A DNA stretch of 64,000 nucleotides, taken from the IMG/VR virus record IMGVR_UViG_3300034520_000374; one strand, given 5' to 3'. Position 1 is the stretch's first letter. Each line of letters starts with the position of its first letter. Position numbers and translations under genes: made by a program. The notes beneath the pieces were generated by a model. The model saw nothing but the letters and a program-made list of their open reading frames with translations. It was not told where the DNA came from and searched no databases. This document shows, in pieces, positions 58,471 through 64,000 of the stretch. This DNA is from an uncultured virus (IMG/VR IMGVR_UViG_3300034520_000374) (Duplodnaviria > Heunggongvirae > Uroviricota > Caudoviricetes).

Positions 58471-58510
58471 TAACCCACCTCTGGTAGTCAGGGGTGGGTT
58501 AATTGTTTTT
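58471..58510 (+). terminator. Probable terminator
   Basis: taacccacc...ggtgggtta followed by attgttttt. Confidence 0.6.
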
Positions 58511-58568
58511 AGGCATGTGAAGCAGGCATGTATGTATTTGTAGTAGATTATAAAAGGAGGTAATCATC

Positions 58569-58970
58569 GTGGATAACAGCGGTAATGTGGCTTTCAAATA
58601 TGAAGATGTCTACCTAAAGCTGACCTATGAGACAGCTTTGTTAATTTTTATAAAGCGTAATGGTCATTTAAGGGTAATGCTTGGCACGCGTAACCTTAAA
58701 ACTGCTCAGTTAAAAACAGGGCAGTTCTTGGGAGGTTTGCTCAGCAGCTATGACGCAAGGCATAATAAGAACAACGGTAACATAGCAGTTATTGATTTGG
58801 AGCTTGGGGAGGCAAGAAGCTTTAATATAGACAGGTTGGTGCATGTGGAGTATTTTGGGGTAATCGAATCTGAAGAAAGAATGGCAGAGGTATATAACAT
58901 TTTCACAAACTTCAAAAGCAAGTATGAAGCTAAGGAAGCCAACAGTATAGGGCTTGATGACCTTAACTAA
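58569..58970 (+). CDS. SH3 beta-barrel (WYL_2/DUF2693-like) phage protein
   Basis: FIKRNGHLRVMLGTRN...VIDLELGEARSFNIDRL. Confidence 0.65.
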   Translation: MDNSGNVAFKYEDVYLKLTYETALLIFIKRNGHLRVMLGTRNLKTAQLKTGQFLGGLLSSYDARHNKNNGNIAVIDLELGEARSFNIDRLVHVEYFGVIESEERMAEVYNIFTNFKSKYEAKEANSIGLDDLN

Positions 58971-59005
58971 AATGGCATGTGTGTAAATATAGTGGAGGTG
59001 CTATT

Positions 59006-59863
59006 ATGATTGTAATTCAAAACTCTACAAAAATTGACGAGAATAAATTAACTACCCTGCTAGATGAGCATGGGCATATGGAATACAATTTTAATGCCGA
59101 TATTATAGTCGACGATATAGCCAAGGTAAATAGGCTATTAGACCAGCTGGGAACACAGTTTATTCATCGCAAGAATCTAAAGAGTATAGCATTGTATCTC
59201 GAGAAATTGCTCAAAGTGGCCAAGCTTGGTTATGTTAGGGCATCATGGGTCTATGAAGGAGGTAAAGTTAAATCTACGCCAATCGAGATAAGGAGGTTCA
59301 AGATATACAGGATAGATACACTGGATTATATGCTAAAAGACCTGCGAGACGTGCTGGTTACGATAGACCTAAATCAAGTAATCAATGCAATAGCCTTCGA
59401 AGCGATATACAGGGAGTTTATGGAGTTTGAGGATATCGAAAGCAAGCTTGGAGGTACTGGCATAACATCAATAGCTAGATTTGATAAGCTTGAGGGTATA
59501 ATGGTGGAGAACAGTTACGAGCTGGCTATGTCATTGAAAATTACTGATAGCCCATATCTTTCTGTGGATAAAGAGGTATATAACTATTTCGGTGACAGCT
59601 TCAGGACATGTGAGACATACAGGACTCCGGTGGAGAGTGCATGTAATAAAGCAGTAGCGTATATACTGCAGGAGGTGTTAGCAAGCGTTACCAGACTTAA
59701 GGACGGAAGGATGTTTGTAGCTGGCGTTTTTGAAGATGGAATAGCATTGCTATTTAAGCACGGGCTTAACGAAAACACTGTGGCATGGTTTAACGACATG
59801 TCAATAGTATTAAAGGTATTTGGGCGGAGGTTTGAAATAAAGCCTGCAATTCAACAGTATTAA
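59006..59863 (+). CDS. Hypothetical protein, possibly a degenerate family A polymerase palm (ORF track start 58979)
   Basis: LVTIDLNQVINAIAF ~ motif A; VYNYFG; PVESACNKAV; VAGVFEDGIALL ~ motif C. Confidence 0.45.
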   Translation: MIVIQNSTKIDENKLTTLLDEHGHMEYNFNADIIVDDIAKVNRLLDQLGTQFIHRKNLKSIALYLEKLLKVAKLGYVRASWVYEGGKVKSTPIEIRRFKIYRIDTLDYMLKDLRDVLVTIDLNQVINAIAFEAIYREFMEFEDIESKLGGTGITSIARFDKLEGIMVENSYELAMSLKITDSPYLSVDKEVYNYFGDSFRTCETYRTPVESACNKAVAYILQEVLASVTRLKDGRMFVAGVFEDGIALLFKHGLNENTVAWFNDMSIVLKVFGRRFEIKPAIQQY

Positions 59864-59888
59864 AAATCTCAAGAATGGAGGTAAAGAC

Positions 59889-60494
59889 ATGGGTAAAAAG
59901 GTATACTGTCATTTTTCGTTCAGGCGCCCTAAAGGAAAACCTTTTGGGATTTTTGCAGCAGCATTGTTTGCAGACCCTGAAGGTAAAGTGCTAATTGCGG
60001 CGAAAACTCGTGCTTATCTTCTTTGGTACAATCAACAGTATGTAACAGCCATACAAGCTTACGAGCACGCCTTGTATTGCATCTGGGAGTGGCAGCATAA
60101 ACTGAAACAACATGGAGTAACTGATGTACTGCTTGTAACAGACAACTCAGCACTGGCTGGTTGGATAGCTGAACCTAACAAAAATAAAAAATACGCTGGT
60201 TGGATGAATAAGGCGAACAGCCAATACAAGGTAGGTGGGCCAAAGGAGATTACACTGAACGTCGGTCTTTGTGAGCCGAAGGTTTACGAGAAGTCATACA
60301 AATACTGCACGCTTGACAAGGTATGCAATAAGATACCAGAGGTAAAGAGCGGTGTCAAGGGGTATAAGCTGGATGTTAAGGAGTACAAGTCTGTTCTCGA
60401 TATAATTAATGAAGATAAACCTGAAGGTGTGGATAGGCTCAAGGAAGTTGAGCCAGATAATATTTTTATTGAGAGTGAAAATCCAGAACTATAA
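59889..60494 (+). CDS. RNase H-like fold protein, probably catalytically altered
   Basis: VYCHFSFRRPKGKPFGIFAAAL...QAYEHAL...GVTDVLLVTDNSALAGWI follows the RNase HI layout. Confidence 0.5.
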   Translation: MGKKVYCHFSFRRPKGKPFGIFAAALFADPEGKVLIAAKTRAYLLWYNQQYVTAIQAYEHALYCIWEWQHKLKQHGVTDVLLVTDNSALAGWIAEPNKNKKYAGWMNKANSQYKVGGPKEITLNVGLCEPKVYEKSYKYCTLDKVCNKIPEVKSGVKGYKLDVKEYKSVLDIINEDKPEGVDRLKEVEPDNIFIESENPEL

Positions 60495-60511
60495 GTCTGG
60501 GGGAGCATAGC

Positions 60512-63500
60512 ATGATTTGTAGAGGAACATACAGGAGCGGAGAACAACAGTATGATTTAGTAATTAAACAGGGGAGAGACTTGGAGGTAGTCCTGCTCAG
60601 CGATGGTGAGATAGCATCAGCATACAAGAAAGACATTAATGGAATTTACTTTTATCGCAGCAAGAAGGCTAAGGAAGCATGGGACTTAATTAACAACGGA
60701 CTTAAATGGTGCACTGCGAAAAATGGATTCGCAGTGCCTTTTGAGCTCGGCACTATAAGTAGGCACAGGTTTAACAGGGTTAATATGGAATACACAATAG
60801 ACAAGTACGGCAGCTACGTTGCTAATGCTCATATACATGGGGATAATATCAGCGTAGACGTTGATTTTTACAATGGCAATATTGATTTCGGGAACATAGC
60901 ATATATAAAATCTAGCACAAGTTCAGAGTTTGACTTTGGCAGGCAGGTGGATATCCCTGTACGCTCGCTTGAGGAGATAGCACTCGAAAAAGATTTAAGC
61001 TGGCTTAAGAAGAAGAACTACTATATCGTGGATGATGACGAAATAGCCGAGAAGATATTTGCTTATCTGGAGAACTATAGCGGTCCGATAGCGTACGACA
61101 CAGAAACCACAGGACTAAAGATTAACATGTTCAGCAAGGTTAATAGCGTTTGGCAGAAGGTTTTGCAGGGATACAACGCGTCAGTTGACGAAAAAGACCG
61201 CATAGGAGCCGACAGGTTGGTTGGCTTTATCTTCAGCATTGAGCCTGATGTGGCATACTATTTTCCTGTAGGGAACCGTAAGTTCAAGAACCTTTACGAA
61301 GATGTGAATAGCCCAATACGGAATGAAGTAATCCGCAGGATTAAGGAGCGAAAACAGAAGGAAGACCCTGACTGCGTCACAGACATGGCACGTTTATTCA
61401 GGGACACGCCAGAAGACCAGCTTACACCAGACGTAATAGCGATGGAGCGTATACGTGATATATTAGAAAAGAAGCATATAGTGGCTCATAACGGAACGTT
61501 TGAATGGAAGGTCGGCTGGTGCTACGAGATAGACACCAATCTCTGCGACGATACAATGATTCTGCATCAATTGCTTTACAAGTTCCGCTCCACAACTTCT
61601 AACAGGGGCGAGCCATCTAACTTGAAGTATCTGGAAAAGCGTGAGTTTGGTATCGACAGCTTGGAATTAAGCGACTTCTTTGTAGGGTATAAAGAGGACG
61701 ATGAGGGTATAGTTAGAGGTAAAAAGGGCAAGAATAAGGTAAAGATAGATTTCTCTTACATGGACTACGACGGTGCCAGAGCATACGCACCTGCTGATGG
61801 TGATTGGACATTGCAGTTGCTCTTCAAGTACAAGAGAGACTTGCTTGAGAACCACAGGGAACTTGAGTATCTTTACAATGTCGAAGTTATCGTAGCCTGT
61901 GCCATAGGCTACATGGAGTTTTATGGGCATCGTATAGACGAAAATAAAATCCAAGAGACGCGGGACAACATCTTAGCCAAGATGAAGGACATTGAGAATC
62001 AAATAAAGGAACTTGCGGGAATCCAAAACGAGGAGCTCAATCTCGCTTCACCTGCACAAGTAGCCAGGCTTTTCTACGACATAATGAAAGTACCGTTTAG
62101 CGGAGATAAGCAATCAGTGGCGAAGAGGGCTATAAAGCCGTTAATGCAGATGAAAAACGAGGACGGTACGCCAAAGTACCCAGTCGTTCATTTATACTCG
62201 GATTGGAAAAAGCTAGATACTTTGTTAACCAAGTTTTTCGACAACCTGCAGTATTACATGTATCCTGGAGGATTTATCTTCAGCAGGTATGGACAGATTT
62301 CAACCGCTACAGGAAGAATGAGCTGCTCCAAGCCTAATGCCCAGCAGTATCCAAAGGATGTTACAGCTATAGTTATTCCAAGACCTGGATATGTAATGAT
62401 GGACTGCGACTATTCACAGATTGAATATCGTGTATTGGTTGCACTTGCGAAGGAAAAGAACCTTCTGGAGAAATTTGAAGACCCAGATATGGACTACCAT
62501 ACAATGATGGCATCATTAATGTATGGAGTGCCATACGCTTCAGTTACACCTAAAATGAGGAGTGATGCAAAATCGTTTAACTTCGGTATACCTTACGGGA
62601 TGGGATTTAAGTCATTGGCATTACTGCTCACAGGTATGACCGGACCTGCACAAATCGAGGAAGCCAAGCAAAAATACGAGCTTTACTTCAAAGACCAGCC
62701 AAATGTAAGGAAGTTCTTCGAGGAAGTTAAGGAAATAGCATTGATTAATAAATACACAAAGACATTCTGGAACAGACGCAGGTATTATTCCTTCACAGAC
62801 GAAAGCGGAAGAACATCAGAAGCGAGGAAGGCTGCTGCATTGAGGCAGGCGGGTAATGCAGTCATCCAGGGCACTGCAGCAGACATATTCAAAATTGCGA
62901 TGGCAAGAATATTCATGTTTATACGCAGGTATAAACTCTTCGGACATCTTCTCATAGTCAACATGATTCACGACGAGGTGCTCCTGGAGGTAAACTGTCA
63001 GACGCTTAATCCTCAGAGGGTACTGAAGGATATAGCGGACTGCATGCAGTTCAAAGTCGAAGGGTTCCCGCCACTTTATATCGGTGCAGGCTTCGGAATG
63101 AACTGGAAAGACGCCAAAGGAAAGCTTGCCGAAATCCATCCTCATCTTTGCGAAATACTGAGTTATGAGGTCGAAAACAAGTCAATATACGCTGAAGAAC
63201 CGCAGAAGCCTGAGGATGTAGTAGCATATTTTGATAAGAGGATACATGCATTCAATGAGAAGAAAATCATTGATTATCTGACCAACCCAGAGAACTTTGG
63301 TAAAGACCTGCATCCAGTTATCGGTAACATCCTAAACTTGAGGTTTAACTTTGGATTAGATAAGTCTGGGCTCGAAGGAGAGGAGCTGACCGCAGCCATA
63401 CTCCAGAAGTTTATTCAGGAGTATAACCTTGGAATTGACCCAAACAATTTCAAGGCCGGCAGTCACGATGAGCATAAGGACGAAGAAGATGAGAAGGAGT

Positions 63501-63865
63501 ACTCCGAGGAAGAAGATGAACAAGAAGAATATGGCGAAATAGCGGGAAACGACTTCGCATTAATTGATGAGGACAGCAGTTTGTACGGCGTATCACTGCA
63601 GGAGCTAATAAGCATCTTCGGTCTGGTTGTGTCCAAGGAACAGCGTATATGCGGTGTGGATGTTAGGGTTATACCTTCCAATAAATTCGATGAACTTGTG
63701 GATTATTTAGCAGACCATAAATGTGAGCCCAATGAGGAAGGGGCTATGGAGGTAGTATTTCTAAAGGAGCACAATGTAATACTTCGGACTGGCGTATGGG
63801 TAAAGGATATCGACGGCTCGGCTGTTGCTGGAAGACTTAGGCTAAATACATTAATGTATAAGTAA
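60512..63865 (+). CDS. polA: Family A DNA polymerase with 3'-5' exonuclease, no recognisable 5'-3' exonuclease
   Basis: YDTETTG, AHNGTFE, YAPAD (exo I-III); TATGRMSCSKPNAQQ; DCDYSQIEYR; RSDAKSFNFGIPYG; NAVIQGTAADI; MIHDEV. Confidence 0.93.
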   Translation: MICRGTYRSGEQQYDLVIKQGRDLEVVLLSDGEIASAYKKDINGIYFYRSKKAKEAWDLINNGLKWCTAKNGFAVPFELGTISRHRFNRVNMEYTIDKYGSYVANAHIHGDNISVDVDFYNGNIDFGNIAYIKSSTSSEFDFGRQVDIPVRSLEEIALEKDLSWLKKKNYYIVDDDEIAEKIFAYLENYSGPIAYDTETTGLKINMFSKVNSVWQKVLQGYNASVDEKDRIGADRLVGFIFSIEPDVAYYFPVGNRKFKNLYEDVNSPIRNEVIRRIKERKQKEDPDCVTDMARLFRDTPEDQLTPDVIAMERIRDILEKKHIVAHNGTFEWKVGWCYEIDTNLCDDTMILHQLLYKFRSTTSNRGEPSNLKYLEKREFGIDSLELSDFFVGYKEDDEGIVRGKKGKNKVKIDFSYMDYDGARAYAPADGDWTLQLLFKYKRDLLENHRELEYLYNVEVIVACAIGYMEFYGHRIDENKIQETRDNILAKMKDIENQIKELAGIQNEELNLASPAQVARLFYDIMKVPFSGDKQSVAKRAIKPLMQMKNEDGTPKYPVVHLYSDWKKLDTLLTKFFDNLQYYMYPGGFIFSRYGQISTATGRMSCSKPNAQQYPKDVTAIVIPRPGYVMMDCDYSQIEYRVLVALAKEKNLLEKFEDPDMDYHTMMASLMYGVPYASVTPKMRSDAKSFNFGIPYGMGFKSLALLLTGMTGPAQIEEAKQKYELYFKDQPNVRKFFEEVKEIALINKYTKTFWNRRRYYSFTDESGRTSEARKAAALRQAGNAVIQGTAADIFKIAMARIFMFIRRYKLFGHLLIVNMIHDEVLLEVNCQTLNPQRVLKDIADCMQFKVEGFPPLYIGAGFGMNWKDAKGKLAEIHPHLCEILSYEVENKSIYAEEPQKPEDVVAYFDKRIHAFNEKKIIDYLTNPENFGKDLHPVIGNILNLRFNFGLDKSGLEGEELTAAILQKFIQEYNLGIDPNNFKAGSHDEHKDEEDEKEYSEEEDEQEEYGEIAGNDFALIDEDSSLYGVSLQELISIFGLVVSKEQRICGVDVRVIPSNKFDELVDYLADHKCEPNEEGAMEVVFLKEHNVILRTGVWVKDIDGSAVAGRLRLNTLMYK

Positions 63866-63882
63866 GCAGGGTGGTGAGTAGT

Positions 63883-64000
63883 ATGGAGATAAGGCTTCCC
63901 GGGCAACCGAGCGGAGGTTTTGAGAGTCTTAAAGGCTCCGACATAAAAGAGGCGTTGAGTGGTGAAGTTATAAAACCTGTGCTTGTACGTGAGGAGTCCG
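63883..64000 (+). CDS. Start of next gene, truncated by the window end
   Basis: ATG after ggtgag; open frame MEIRLPGQPSGGFESLKG... to the end. Confidence 0.5.
   Translation, partial: MEIRLPGQPSGGFESLKGSDIKEALSGEVIKPVLVREES

Larger units (their letters stand above)
1..64000 (+). mobile_element. Segment of a large extrachromosomal or mobile replicon (megaplasmid or jumbo-phage-like) of an anaerobic Bacillota host
   Basis: All credible genes co-oriented; no chromosomal housekeeping operons; own PolA, Ung, ThyX, NrdDG, MTase, LPD1 protein and many small unknown ORFs; no capsid, terminase or relaxase seen. Confidence 0.7.

Noticed and set aside
31131..58980. Recurrent GCATG in intergenic regions as a sporulation-sigma or element-sigma -35 box
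   Set aside because: No consistent -10 element at fixed spacing; several copies are simply inside hairpins
44033..63865. Inteins or introns in NrdD and PolA
   Set aside because: Catalytic motifs are colinear; no C...HN splice motifs or LAGLIDADG blocks seen
185..63906. The many short minus-strand and off-frame ORFs in the track (e.g. 37166..37804, 14898..15368, 10018..10344)
   Set aside because: They overlap longer + strand genes with RBSs and recognisable motifs, and read as antisense or frame shadows
1..64000. tRNA or rRNA genes
   Set aside because: Intergenic gaps are short and I saw no cloverleaf with a T-loop motif or any rRNA-like sequence

Overview
All credible genes in this 64 kb window lie on the + strand. 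Strong GGAGG-type RBSs, sigma-A promoters, anaerobic RNR and a SleB-like hydrolase point to a large mobile replicon (megaplasmid, giant extrachromosomal element or jumbo-phage-like element) of an anaerobic Bacillota host. No capsid, terminase, relaxase or VirB4/VirD4 gene is visible, so the element type cannot be settled from this window. Three blocks: (1) about 2-27 kb, a surface-appendage locus with a membrane Ca-binding/papain-like protein, a 3264-aa secreted modular adhesin-like protein, an M23 peptidase, a lipoprotein, Tad-like assembly genes (SAF/CpaB, degenerate ParA/CpaE, CpaF ATPase, TadB/C-like platform) and eight single-TM pilin-like genes that lack the canonical prepilin cleavage motif; (2) about 27-44 kb, accessory genes including a LigA C-terminal half, DUF488, a candidate sRNA, a very acidic protein, a transglutaminase-like surface protein, tandem-type ThyX, MscS, two displaced paralogs of the major pilin with different membrane anchors, and an LPD1 polyvalent protein; (3) about 44-64 kb, nucleotide metabolism and replication: NrdD/NrdG, HD-GYP, SleB-like hydrolase, stand-alone CHC2 Zn finger, Dam-family MTase, Ung, HolA-like, two divergent sigma-like paralogs, apparently inactive PolA-like and RNase H-like proteins, and a family A DNA polymerase. 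GATC appears strongly depleted. All family calls come from motif recognition by eye; no database searches were run.
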